Shown piece after piece: positions 46,332-56,623 of a DNA stretch of 64,000 nt. Position 1 is the stretch's first letter. The number at the start of each line of letters is the position of its first letter. This DNA comes from a virus (taxonomy: Duplodnaviria; Caudoviricetes): the IMG/VR virus record IMGVR_UViG_3300031555_004309, positions 1-64,000 of that record; one strand, written 5' to 3'. The position numbers were made by a program, and so were the translations under genes. The notes beneath the pieces are model-generated. The model was not told the origin of the DNA and searched no databases. It was given only the letters and a program-made list of their open reading frames with translations.

Positions 46332-47237
46332 ATGGGTATTAAAAATTGGACAGATGGCGCACTGAATGAAGTTACAATGGATGGAATTTTAAACGAAGTT
46401 AATCTTCAGTCTAACACAGATAAAAGTGGCCGCCCCGTAATTTATGGAGATTATGTTATTAAGACAACAAACCATATTGGTGATAAAGAATTTGTTGCCG
46501 AAGTTCCGATTAGAGTTTATCAATCACAGTTAACTTCAACTGGTAAGCCTAATCCCGCATATGACACTGCATCAAAAATTATGAAGGAATTTACATCTGT
46601 CGCGGCAGGTGGAGAAGAAAATGCAGATTATATTCGCATTAGTTCTTCAGGTAAACTTTCAGAAAATACTTTTATTTCAAAGACAACAGGTCAACTTGTT
46701 AGTACACCTGTTATTAGAGCAAGTTTTGCTAATAAAATTAAGAAGTCTGATGCTCAAGACGGCGCAAGATTTAAGACAATTATTGTTATAGGTAAAATTA
46801 CGCCTGAACTTTCAAGAGATGGTGTTGAAACTGGTCGTCTTATTATAAAAGGTATTCTTCCTGTTTGGGGCGGTAAGGTTGAACTTATTGACTATATTGT
46901 CGAGAATCCTAATGTTGCAAAGCATATTGAAGGTAATTGGCAGGAAGGCGATACAGTTATGATTGGTGGTTATATTAACTTTGTTTCAAAGACAATTGAA
47001 ACAGAAGAACCTAGTGGTTTTGGTGAACCTATCGTAACTCGTAGAACTATCTCTGTTAAGGAACTCATCATTACTGGTGGTCATGATGCTCCTCTTACAG
47101 AAGAAGAGGGCGCCTATGATAATGAAGCAATTGGAGTTGCTTTAAATGAGAGAAAGGCTAGAATGGATGAAAAGGTAAAGGCTGCGGCTCAGGCTGCAAC
47201 TACATCTAAGCCAGCTTCTAATGGATTTGGATTTTAA
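46332..47237 (+). CDS. single-stranded DNA-binding protein (SPbeta YorF-like)
   Basis: Two OB-like halves, GFGE motif, C-terminal GFGF; position before AAA annealase. Confidence 0.55.
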   Translation: MGIKNWTDGALNEVTMDGILNEVNLQSNTDKSGRPVIYGDYVIKTTNHIGDKEFVAEVPIRVYQSQLTSTGKPNPAYDTASKIMKEFTSVAAGGEENADYIRISSSGKLSENTFISKTTGQLVSTPVIRASFANKIKKSDAQDGARFKTIIVIGKITPELSRDGVETGRLIIKGILPVWGGKVELIDYIVENPNVAKHIEGNWQEGDTVMIGGYINFVSKTIETEEPSGFGEPIVTRRTISVKELIITGGHDAPLTEEEGAYDNEAIGVALNERKARMDEKVKAAAQAATTSKPASNGFGF

Positions 47238-47252
47238 TAGGAGGTCGATTAA

Positions 47253-48239
47253 ATGATTGACCTTCTAAACTTAGAGCCTACTAGAATTAGTAGGAATTTA
47301 AGAGGTAAGTATATGTTGTTTTACGGCTTACCAAAAGTCGGTAAAACAACTTTACTATCCAAATTCCCTAAATCTCTTATTCTTGAATTTGAAACAGGTA
47401 CAAATGCTCTTAATAATGCTTATGTGCAACCTATTCAAAAGTGGACAGATGCAAAAGCGGTCTTAAGAGACCTTCGTAAAGATGACGTTAAAGAAAAATT
47501 TTACACAGTTTGTGTAGATACTGCAGATGTAGCATGGTCGCTTTGTGAAAAATATATATGTCAGCAAAATCAAGTTCAAAACTTGGGAGACATTCCTTGG
47601 GGCAAAGGATATGCACTTTGTAAACAAGAATATGAAGATTTCTTCCGTGAAATAGCGATGCTAGGTTATGGTGTTATCTTTACTTCTCATAGTGCAGAAA
47701 AAAATATGAAGGACGAAAAGGGAAATGATTACATTTCTCTTGCGCCCGCCCTACCACAAAGACCATATGATATAGTTAATAAAATGGTGGATATTATTGG
47801 TTATATCCGTAGCATTAAAAACTATGATACAGGTGAGCAGAAAACTTTCTTATTTTTACGTGGAGACGATAGATTTGTAGCTGGTTCAAGATTTAAATAT
47901 ATTGAACCCCGTATTGAATTTAGTTATGAAGCACTTTCAAATGCGATTTATAATGCAGTTGACCAACAAGTCCAAGCAGATGGAACTGGTGCAGCGAGTG
48001 AAGAATATAATTCATTTTATAATACTTCAGAAGGACGTACTTTTGAACAAATTAAAGATGAAGCAATTCAACTTTGGGACGATTTAGTTGTAAAACCTCA
48101 AAGTGAAGAAATGGCACAGAAAATTTCTTTCATTATAGAAAAGATTTTCGGTAAGAAAATGAAGCTTAGTGAGATAACTGAATCTCAAAAAGATTTGTTT
48201 GAGTTAGTTGTTTCTGAAATGAGGGAATTACAGAAATAA
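47253..48239 (+). CDS. AAA_24 / Sak4-like ATPase (SPbeta YorG-like)
   Basis: YGLPKVGKTT, VDTAD, IPWGKGY, TSH, AGSRF. Confidence 0.8.
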   Translation: MIDLLNLEPTRISRNLRGKYMLFYGLPKVGKTTLLSKFPKSLILEFETGTNALNNAYVQPIQKWTDAKAVLRDLRKDDVKEKFYTVCVDTADVAWSLCEKYICQQNQVQNLGDIPWGKGYALCKQEYEDFFREIAMLGYGVIFTSHSAEKNMKDEKGNDYISLAPALPQRPYDIVNKMVDIIGYIRSIKNYDTGEQKTFLFLRGDDRFVAGSRFKYIEPRIEFSYEALSNAIYNAVDQQVQADGTGAASEEYNSFYNTSEGRTFEQIKDEAIQLWDDLVVKPQSEEMAQKISFIIEKIFGKKMKLSEITESQKDLFELVVSEMRELQK

Positions 48240-48297
48240 AAAGAAAATAAGGAGAGAATGTAATATTCTCTCCTTGTTCTTCTATAGGAGTGATTAA

Positions 48298-49494
48298 ATG
48301 TATCTTGTAGATACAAATGTATTATTAGAATATCCATCAGTTTTAAGAACTTATCAAGGTGAAATTAAAGTTACTTTATCAGTTGTAAAAGAATTAGATG
48401 AATTAAAGCGTAGTTTAAATGCGGAGACGGCATACAATGCGCGCCGAGCCATACATAAATTAAAGAGAGACGAAACAGTTAATTACTATCCGGAGGTAAT
48501 TAAAAAAATAGTTGACGATGATTTGTTGGCGGTGGCGCAGAAAGTAGGAGATATTTTAATAACTAATGATTTAAATATTCACATTAAAGGAAAAGCATTA
48601 GGAGTAGAGTGTATTTTTTATGATAAAGTCGAAACTAATTATACTGGTGTAAGATATTTAGAAGTTGAATGTGATGAGAATATTTATAATGAAGAATTAG
48701 AGGTTATTTTACAAGGAAGAGAGCCTCTCGAAGGAATGAAGGAAAATGAGTTTTTAATTATTACCGATAAGAACAGTGGAGATTTTATGTCTACTATGAA
48801 AGTTAAAAATGGAAAACTTGAATTAATAAAAGAAACTCAGATAAAAAACAGATTTATAAATACTATCTTTCCTCGTAATCAAGAGCAATCGTGCCTGTTT
48901 GATTTATTATGGGATAAAGATATTAGTATTATTCTTGCTACTGGAGAATTTGGAACAGGTAAAAGTTTTATTTTAACTAATTTTGCATTTCATCAGTTAG
49001 ATAAAGGATATATTAATAAAATAGTATATGTTCCCAATAATTCTATCGTTGATAATTCAAGAGAATTAGGTATTTTGCCAGGTGACACAGTAGATAAAGA
49101 ATTAATATATATGGGTCCTCTTCTCGACCTTATTGGTGTAGAATATTCGAGAGAATTCATTCGTCAGGGCAAGGTAGAAGTCGTACCTCTTTCAGTAATG
49201 AGAGGTCGTAGCTTTGAAAATTCTATTGTCATTGTCAATGAAGCCCAAAATTTAACTACCGAGCATGTGAAATTGCTTGTCGCTAGGTGTGGCGAGGGTA
49301 CACGAATTTTCTTTGATGGAGATATAAAACAGACAGATAATCTTATTTTTAAAAATAAGAATGGACTAAAACTTCTTCTTCACCTTGCCGACAGTGAAGA
49401 ATTTGCACCAATTTTTGGTACAGTTAGATTAAATTCTATTGAAAGAAGTAAAACCGCACAGGCGAGTGCATACTTAGATAATCTCTTAATTTGA
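48298..49494 (+). CDS. phoH: PIN domain plus PhoH-family ATPase
   Basis: DTNVLL PIN; GEFGTGKS, LPG, RGRSF, NEAQN, GD..QTD, RS. Confidence 0.85.
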   Translation: MYLVDTNVLLEYPSVLRTYQGEIKVTLSVVKELDELKRSLNAETAYNARRAIHKLKRDETVNYYPEVIKKIVDDDLLAVAQKVGDILITNDLNIHIKGKALGVECIFYDKVETNYTGVRYLEVECDENIYNEELEVILQGREPLEGMKENEFLIITDKNSGDFMSTMKVKNGKLELIKETQIKNRFINTIFPRNQEQSCLFDLLWDKDISIILATGEFGTGKSFILTNFAFHQLDKGYINKIVYVPNNSIVDNSRELGILPGDTVDKELIYMGPLLDLIGVEYSREFIRQGKVEVVPLSVMRGRSFENSIVIVNEAQNLTTEHVKLLVARCGEGTRIFFDGDIKQTDNLIFKNKNGLKLLLHLADSEEFAPIFGTVRLNSIERSKTAQASAYLDNLLI

Positions 49495-49549
49495 CAAAAA
49501 TTCAAAAATGTGATATAATATAAGTATAAACTAAAAAGAAGGTGAAAAA

Positions 49550-50020
49550 ATGGGTAGACCTTGTACTTGTCCTATCTGTCATAAGGTAATTCCGAATTCA
49601 GAAGAGTCCGTTCCTTATAAAAATAAACATTATCATCCAGAGTGTTATCAAGAACAAAAAGTAAAAGATGATTTGTATGAGTATATTTGTAGATTATTTA
49701 CTTTTAAGGCGCCAGGCCCAAGAATATATTCTCAAATATCAAAGTACATTAATCAAGGTTATACTTATAAAGGAATTTATCAAGCATTAGCATATTTTTA
49801 TGAGATAAAGCATGGAGACATAAAAAAAGCAAATGAAGGTATAGGTATAGTGCCTTATGTTTATAATGAGGCACAACATTATTATGCCGAAAAACAAAAT
49901 CAACAAGTAGAATTAGCAAAGAAAATTGGAGAATCAGTAGCAACAACAAATGTGACAAAAATCGTAAAACAAAAACCAAAAGAAAAAAAGAAATTGAGTT
50001 ATGATATAGAAGACTTTTAA
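49550..50020 (+). CDS. Zn-finger protein (SPbeta YorH-like, possible helicase loader)
   Basis: CPIC..HPEC; GIGIVPYVY; precedes helicase. Confidence 0.6.
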   Translation: MGRPCTCPICHKVIPNSEESVPYKNKHYHPECYQEQKVKDDLYEYICRLFTFKAPGPRIYSQISKYINQGYTYKGIYQALAYFYEIKHGDIKKANEGIGIVPYVYNEAQHYYAEKQNQQVELAKKIGESVATTNVTKIVKQKPKEKKKLSYDIEDF

Positions 50021-50037
50021 TAAAAAGGAGTGATTAA

Positions 50038-51663
50038 GTGGAAAACAGAAATGTTGTTATGCAACTTTTTGGTTGTTTAATGAAGAATCCACTTCTTTTA
50101 GGTGAAGTCAACTCTTATAATTTAACTCCAGACGATTTTGAAAAGCGATTAGACAAACAGATTTTTGCAGGTATATATAATCTATTCCTTGGCGGCGCGG
50201 AACGAATAACTGTCGCAGATATAGACAATTATTTTAAAGGTCATAAGGCAATTTATGATAGTTTTGTAAAAGCAAATGGAATAGAATATTTGCAAGATGC
50301 GGAAGAATTAAGCGTAAGTGAGAATTTTCCTTATTATTATTCGACTTTAAAGAAATATAATGCAGTAAAAGATTTGAAGAAAGCTGGTTTTGATACTTCA
50401 AGTTTTTATCCTGAAAATGTATTAGACGAGAATTATGAGAAGAAGATGGGCAGATTTGATGCAATGACTGTCCAAAATATCTTTGATGAAGTTCGACAAA
50501 AGTTGATAGAAGTAGAGGGGAAATACGGTGCGGGAACTAACACAAAAACTTCAACTGCAGTTGAAGGGTTAGGAGAATTGTTGGAGTCATTAAAGAGTAC
50601 TCCCGATATCGGTGCCGCACTTCAAGGTTCTCATTTTAATACAGTAGTTAGAGGCGCGAGAAAAGGTGCGTTTTATCTGCAATCCTCTGGTACTGGTGTA
50701 GGTAAGACAAGAGGTATGATAGGAGATGCGTGTTATTTAGCATATCCTGTAATATATGATTGGTCGGTATCAGAATGGATAAGTAGTGGTTCTACAGAAA
50801 AAGTTTTATATGTAGGAACAGAACAGACAATTAGTGAAATCCAAACTCTTATTCTTTCGTATTTATCTGGTATTAATGAAGAGAAAATAATTAGCAATAG
50901 GCTAACTAACATAGAACAACAAGTATTAGAACAAGCAATAGATGTAATGACGCGATTCGAAGATAACTTCACGATTGTGCAATTGCCAGATCCTACGATC
51001 CAATTAGTAAAAGGTATAATTAGAAAAGAAGTTCTATTAAAAGATATAGAATATGTATTTTATGATTATATCTTTTCTAGTCCAGGATTATTAGGTGAAT
51101 TTAGAGATTTGAGAATAAGAGAAGATGTTGTACTTGGAATGTTATCGACAGCATTAAAGGATATTTGTGTAGAATTGCAAGTATTTTTAAAGAGTGCAAC
51201 GCAAGTAAACGGCGACCTAATGGATATAAAAGGTATCCGTGACCAAAGATGTATTAGAGGTTCAAAGGCAATAGCAGATAAAATAGATTGTGGTGTTATT
51301 ACAGCGAGAGTGACAAAAGAAGAGTTGATCACTTTAGGTAGATTAGGACAAGATAGTGGACTTATTCCTACTCAGGTAACAGATGTATATAAATTAAGAC
51401 GTGGAAGATATAATAATGTAAGAATATGGAGTTCATTTAACTTGGGCACTTGTAGAAAGAAAGATTTATTTATAACCGATGAGGATTTTAAGCCAATTGA
51501 AGGATTTGTTCCTGTTGAATTGAATTTTACAAGTATGGAGATTGGCGAAATTGATGAAATTGTGAGAATGTTAAATGAAGGAATAATGATTTCTTCTGTG
51601 GGTGAGGCCGCAATAAATATAGAAGATTTACAAGTTGACAATCCAAAGAAATGGGAATTTTAA
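50038..51663 (+). CDS. DnaB-like replicative helicase (SPbeta YorI-like)
   Basis: SGTGVGKTR, TE, FYDYI, TQVN, RGSKAIADKID, YK.RRG. Confidence 0.85.
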   Translation: MENRNVVMQLFGCLMKNPLLLGEVNSYNLTPDDFEKRLDKQIFAGIYNLFLGGAERITVADIDNYFKGHKAIYDSFVKANGIEYLQDAEELSVSENFPYYYSTLKKYNAVKDLKKAGFDTSSFYPENVLDENYEKKMGRFDAMTVQNIFDEVRQKLIEVEGKYGAGTNTKTSTAVEGLGELLESLKSTPDIGAALQGSHFNTVVRGARKGAFYLQSSGTGVGKTRGMIGDACYLAYPVIYDWSVSEWISSGSTEKVLYVGTEQTISEIQTLILSYLSGINEEKIISNRLTNIEQQVLEQAIDVMTRFEDNFTIVQLPDPTIQLVKGIIRKEVLLKDIEYVFYDYIFSSPGLLGEFRDLRIREDVVLGMLSTALKDICVELQVFLKSATQVNGDLMDIKGIRDQRCIRGSKAIADKIDCGVITARVTKEELITLGRLGQDSGLIPTQVTDVYKLRRGRYNNVRIWSSFNLGTCRKKDLFITDEDFKPIEGFVPVELNFTSMEIGEIDEIVRMLNEGIMISSVGEAAINIEDLQVDNPKKWEF

Positions 51664-52776
51664 ATGATAGATTTACAAGAATTATTAAATAGTTTTACAG
51701 AAGAAGATATTATTGAAATAATGCAAGAATTGGGTGCAGACAGATATGTGGTGCGCCCCGAAGCAATTATATTTCCAACCATTTGTCATAATGAGGATGC
51801 GGCAGAAGCAAGTTTGAAATTATATTATTATAAAGATTCAAAACTTTTTCACTGTTACACAGATTGTTCAAGTAGTTTTAATCTTATTAATCTTATACAA
51901 AAAGTTTGGGAATTAAGAGGATTAAATTTTGTTCAAACTCATAAAGAAAAGAAGAAAGATAATGATTTTTGTTTCTTTGATATTGTAAAGTTTCTTTTAG
52001 AAAAAGGTAAAGGAGATTTTTCAAATAAAAAGAATAATGAAGTTTATAGAAGTGATAGAGATAGGTTAAAAAGAAAAGAAAGACTCATCACCCTTCCTAC
52101 ATATCCTGAAAGTGTGTTGGATATTTTTGAAAAAAGTTATCCTACTGAATGGATAGAGGAAGGAATTAGTGCGGCGGCACTATCTGAATATCATATTCTT
52201 TATTCTGTTAGAAGAAACAAAATCATTATACCTCATTATGATGTAAACTCAAATCTTGTAGGTATTCGCGGGCGCGCACTAAACAAAGATGAAGTAGAAG
52301 AATTTGGTAAATATATGCCCGTAGAGATAGAAAAGAAATGGTATGCCCATCCACTTGGACAAAATTTATATGGACTAAATCTAGTTCAAGATAATATCAA
52401 AAAATTAAAAAAAGTAGTCATTTTTGAAGGTGAAAAAAGTTGCCTAAAATATTTTGACTACTTTGGAAAAGACAACAATATTGCAGTTGCTTGTTGCGGT
52501 TCAAGTATAAATAAGGCACAAATTGACTTATTGATGAAGACTTGCGCGCCATTGGAAATAGTAATTGCTTTTGATAAAGAATTTGAAAATGGAGATTATA
52601 AAGGAGAAGATAAGTATTTCCAAAAACTTTACTCCATAGGTCAAAAATATAATAAATATGCAAATTTCTCAATAATCTTTGACCATAAAGGATTATTAGG
52701 ACTAAAAGACAGCCCTGTAGATAGAGGAATTGAAGTTTATAAACAATTATTCAAGGAAAGAGTGATAGTTAAATGA
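51664..52776 (+). CDS. DNA primase (SPbeta YorJ-like)
   Basis: TICHN..FHCYTDC Zn finger; GIRGR; LYGL; FEGEKS; TOPRIM AFDKE. Confidence 0.85.
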   Translation: MIDLQELLNSFTEEDIIEIMQELGADRYVVRPEAIIFPTICHNEDAAEASLKLYYYKDSKLFHCYTDCSSSFNLINLIQKVWELRGLNFVQTHKEKKKDNDFCFFDIVKFLLEKGKGDFSNKKNNEVYRSDRDRLKRKERLITLPTYPESVLDIFEKSYPTEWIEEGISAAALSEYHILYSVRRNKIIIPHYDVNSNLVGIRGRALNKDEVEEFGKYMPVEIEKKWYAHPLGQNLYGLNLVQDNIKKLKKVVIFEGEKSCLKYFDYFGKDNNIAVACCGSSINKAQIDLLMKTCAPLEIVIAFDKEFENGDYKGEDKYFQKLYSIGQKYNKYANFSIIFDHKGLLGLKDSPVDRGIEVYKQLFKERVIVK

Positions 52777-54491
52777 AGTTTACAGTACCACAAATTAAAT
52801 ATACAAACAAGTTTTTGGAGAATTTATTGGTAGAAAGAGGAGTTTTTGATTTAGAGAATTTCTTAATGCCAACAAAGTCTGCTTTACTTCCATATGGGGA
52901 TTTAGATAATATTGCTGCCGCAATCCAACTTATTAAACGCCATCTTAATGATGATGTGTTGATTGTAGTTGACTGTGATGGAGATGGTTTTACTTCTGCA
53001 GCGGTAATGTGGCAGTATTTAAGAGATCTTAACCCAGAAATTAATATGGAATATATTCTCCACACTGGAAAACAACACGGACTTGAAGATACTTGGGAAC
53101 AGATTATTGAGAAAGAAAATATAAAATTAGTTATACTTCCCGATTCGAGTTCTAATGATGAAGAATATCACCAAAAACTTGCAGAAAGTGGAAAAGATAT
53201 TCTTGTTCTTGACCACCACGAAGCACCGTCATATTCTCAGTATGCGTGCGTAGTAAATAATCAGTTGAGTGAGAATTATAAGAATAAAGCCCTTTCTGGT
53301 GTAGGTGTTGTATATAAATTTTGTCAGGCACTTGATGAAGAATATAATGTGAAATATGCGGATAAGTATCTTGACCTTGTTGCAGTTGGTGAAATCAGTG
53401 ATATGATGCTGGTCACAACTCTTGAGAATAGATACATCTTTACACAAGGTTTAAAAAATGTTACCAACACAGGTATTAAAGAGCTTATTAAAAAACAAGA
53501 ATACTCAATTGGCGACATCTCTCATTTAACTCCAACTCATATTGCTTTCTATATTTCTCCTCTTATTAATGCAATTATTAGAGTAGGAAAACAAGAAGAA
53601 AAAGAAATCCTCTTCCAAGCACTCATAAATGGAGATAAGAGAGTTCCTTCTACCAAGAGAGGCGCGCAGGCTGGCACATATGAAAGTATTGCAGAACAAA
53701 ATGCAAGAAATTGTGTTAATGCACGCTCTCGTCAGAATAGAGCAAAAGAGAAAGCACTTGACCTTCTTCAAATGACAATTTGTAAAGAAGGACTTGATGA
53801 GAATAAAGTTATTTTAGTTGAAGTCGAAGATAATGCAATTGAAAGTACACTTACAGGTCTGTGTGCTATGCAATTGGTTTCAATATATAAGAAACCCGTT
53901 TTAGTTATGAAAGAGAATAGCGATGGATATTTAAGTGGTTCAGGTCGCGGCGCAGATAGATGCGCGCTGACCGACTTCAAACAGTTTCTCAATGATAGTG
54001 GATATTTTGATTTTGCAGAAGGACATGCGCAGGCTTTCGGTGCAAGTATCCATAAAAATAAAGTAGAAGACTTTATTAAGTACGCGAATGAAGAATTAAA
54101 AGATGTCGATTTTAATGAGGGTGTTTATAACTGTGATTTTTACTTTAAAGCAAATGATGGATTACTGACTGATGCAATTTTCTCTATCGGTTCACATCCT
54201 GAAATTTGGGGTAAAGGTAATGAAGAACCTTTATTTGTAGTTGATGAAGTAAAGTTGAGTTATAGTGACATTAATGTATGTGGAAAGAATTCTGATACAG
54301 TTCGCTTTAATGTAGGCGGAGTTACTTTCATTAAGTTTAATGCTAAAGATTTCATTGAAGAATTGAAAGGTCATAATGAATTCACATTACAGATAGTAGG
54401 CCGCGCGCAGTTAAATGAGTGGGCGGGCAACGTAACTCCGCAAATTATGATAATGGATTATAACTTTAGAAACTCATTATTTGATTTTTAA
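52773..54491 (+). CDS. recJ: RecJ-like ssDNA exonuclease
   Basis: DCDGDG, LDHH, LSGVGV, GSGRG, GHAQAFG. Confidence 0.88.
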   Translation: MKFTVPQIKYTNKFLENLLVERGVFDLENFLMPTKSALLPYGDLDNIAAAIQLIKRHLNDDVLIVVDCDGDGFTSAAVMWQYLRDLNPEINMEYILHTGKQHGLEDTWEQIIEKENIKLVILPDSSSNDEEYHQKLAESGKDILVLDHHEAPSYSQYACVVNNQLSENYKNKALSGVGVVYKFCQALDEEYNVKYADKYLDLVAVGEISDMMLVTTLENRYIFTQGLKNVTNTGIKELIKKQEYSIGDISHLTPTHIAFYISPLINAIIRVGKQEEKEILFQALINGDKRVPSTKRGAQAGTYESIAEQNARNCVNARSRQNRAKEKALDLLQMTICKEGLDENKVILVEVEDNAIESTLTGLCAMQLVSIYKKPVLVMKENSDGYLSGSGRGADRCALTDFKQFLNDSGYFDFAEGHAQAFGASIHKNKVEDFIKYANEELKDVDFNEGVYNCDFYFKANDGLLTDAIFSIGSHPEIWGKGNEEPLFVVDEVKLSYSDINVCGKNSDTVRFNVGGVTFIKFNAKDFIEELKGHNEFTLQIVGRAQLNEWAGNVTPQIMIMDYNFRNSLFDF

Positions 54492-54503
54492 GGAGAGAAA
54501 ATA

Positions 54504-54764
54504 ATGTGTACATTTGGCGTTTATATAGTATATGAGCATACAAATTATCAGCATTTTTATTATGGAAGACAAGATGTTGGCACTTTTTATGTAGAAACAA
54601 AATATTTTGATGATTTAAGAGAATTTATGAAATTTGCAACAGATTTCAAAAAAGAAGTAATTGATGAAATAGTATTTTTTGATGAAGAAGAGGCTAATCA
54701 AGTTGCAGTAGAGCGTACATTGGAAAAACTAAAAAGGGTTCAATTAAAAAAGGAGGAAGAATAA
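54504..54764 (+). CDS. hypothetical protein
   Basis: RBS; coupled. Confidence 0.55.
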   Translation: MCTFGVYIVYEHTNYQHFYYGRQDVGTFYVETKYFDDLREFMKFATDFKKEVIDEIVFFDEEEANQVAVERTLEKLKRVQLKKEEE

Positions 54765-55465
54765 TGGAAACTAATATTGTATATAATTGTGATTGCATGG
54801 ACGTAATGGCAAAAATGCCTGCAAAATCTATTCCTTTTATTCTTACCGACATTCCTTATGATGAAGTTCAAAGGGAAACGAATGGTCTTTCTCAAATGAA
54901 GAGTTTAGATACTCTTGGTGCCGCGGATAAAGCGACTTTTAATACTCTTAAATTCTGTGAAGAAGTTTATAGAATTTGTGGTAATAGTCTTATTATATTC
55001 TGCGGACGCGAACAGTTCAGCGAAATATTTAAATTCTTTGCAAATAAGCCAGGTACTACTCGACCAATAGTATGGGAGAAAACTAACCCAGTACCTTCAA
55101 ATGGACAGTATGTATATTTAAGTGGGGTAGAATTTGCAGTATGGTTTAAAAGAAAAGGTGCTAAAACTTTTAATGCAAGATGTAAGAATACTGTATTTAA
55201 GTACCCTATTCCTGGTGGTAAGAAAAGAATTCACCCAACTCAAAAACATTGGGATTTATTTAAAGAACTTATTCTTGATAATACAAATGAAGGAGATATA
55301 GTTTTCGATCCTTGTGCGGGCGGACTAACAACTATGCTGGCAGCAGTAGAAACTAATCGTAAATTTATTTGTTGTGAAAAAGATTATGAGACTTTCAAAA
55401 AGTCTATTGATTGGTATAAAGCAAATACAGATATAGAAATTATTACAGGAATGGAGGAAGTATAA
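54764..55465 (+). CDS. N4/N6 DNA methyltransferase (beta class)
   Basis: TDIPY (DPPY-like) before HPTQK and FDPCAG. Confidence 0.85.
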   Translation: METNIVYNCDCMDVMAKMPAKSIPFILTDIPYDEVQRETNGLSQMKSLDTLGAADKATFNTLKFCEEVYRICGNSLIIFCGREQFSEIFKFFANKPGTTRPIVWEKTNPVPSNGQYVYLSGVEFAVWFKRKGAKTFNARCKNTVFKYPIPGGKKRIHPTQKHWDLFKELILDNTNEGDIVFDPCAGGLTTMLAAVETNRKFICCEKDYETFKKSIDWYKANTDIEIITGMEEV

Positions 55466-56154
55466 TGGGGGAATATAGTAAAAAGGGTTCTTATGCAGGA
55501 TATGATAAAGACCATTTAGATCGTGCTGACTTAGATTATTATGCAACTCCACCTGAAGAGGTTGAGAATATATTAGAAAAAGAAGGATTGCGTTGGTTTA
55601 CTGTTGAAGGAATAAACACTTCTTGCACTATATGGGAACCTTGTTGCGGTGGTGGACACATGGCAAAAGGTATTATAGATTATCTTAATAAAAATCATAT
55701 TTCTACTACTCATTTCTTTATGAGCGATTTAGTTGATAGAGGTGCGCAAGACTATATCGAATCTTTATATGAAAATTCGCAAATTCAGTATGATTATGGG
55801 ATAGATTTACTTGATCCAGAAGAAGATTTTCCTATCACGGATTTTATTATAATGAATCCACCTTTCAAAGATATAGATAAATTTGTTAATGCAGTTTTTT
55901 CTTGCTTCAGTCATAAACTCATTATGCTTGCACGTCTTAAATTCATAGAAAGCAAGAAGAGATATGAAGAAATATTTTCTAAAAATCCACCAACTCGTAT
56001 CTACCAGTATATAGACCGAATTGCTTGTTATAAAGATGGAGATTTTTCTATCAAACCAAATTCAATAGAAGCATATGCTTGGTTTGTATGGGATAAGGAC
56101 GATCCAAGTAAAGATACAACTTTAAAGTGGATTTGGAGTAAGAAACATAAATAA
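55465..56154 (+). CDS. N6-adenine DNA methyltransferase (gamma-like)
   Basis: DYYATP, WEPCCGGG, MNPPF, YAWFVW. Confidence 0.85.
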   Translation: MGEYSKKGSYAGYDKDHLDRADLDYYATPPEEVENILEKEGLRWFTVEGINTSCTIWEPCCGGGHMAKGIIDYLNKNHISTTHFFMSDLVDRGAQDYIESLYENSQIQYDYGIDLLDPEEDFPITDFIIMNPPFKDIDKFVNAVFSCFSHKLIMLARLKFIESKKRYEEIFSKNPPTRIYQYIDRIACYKDGDFSIKPNSIEAYAWFVWDKDDPSKDTTLKWIWSKKHK

Positions 56155-56534
56155 AAGCAGACAGAAAAGAAGATAGACAGATAGATAGATAGGAGGAGAT
56201 TTTTAATGTTAATGAAAATCCAAAGTAAAAATTATAATACAATATCATATTATGAGGATATTGCTCTTATTAATATAAACCTGGATAGACACCCAATAAA
56301 TTGTGACTGTGTAACTTGCCACATCGCAAATGAAAAATGGTCTGGTCCAAACTGCATCAATTGTTCAGAAGGTTGGGCTGTATATTTAATAGATATTCAA
56401 CAGAAAGATGAATCTATTCGTACAATAGAGTGCGGACCTGGAGATGAAGTTTATTTATTGAATGATCGAGGTCAAACAATAGATAAAATCCGCGTTCCAA
56501 TAGATTAAAAAAAATAAATCTTTCTGTCTGCTTT
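56154..56534. repeat. 14-bp perfect inverted repeats flanking ORF 56206-56508
   Basis: AAAGCAGACAGAAA at 56154-56167 and TTTCTGTCTGCTTT at 56521-56534. Confidence 0.75.
56206..56508 (+). CDS. hypothetical protein
   Basis: GGAGG RBS; C-terminal YLLNDRGQTIDKI motif. Confidence 0.65.
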   Translation: MLMKIQSKNYNTISYYEDIALININLDRHPINCDCVTCHIANEKWSGPNCINCSEGWAVYLIDIQQKDESIRTIECGPGDEVYLLNDRGQTIDKIRVPID

Positions 56535-56623
56535 AATATAAAAAGTCAAGAAAATAATTCTTGACTTTTTTTCTTTTTTGTGGTATAATATAATTATAAA
56601 GAAATAAAAGGAGGAGTAGAACC

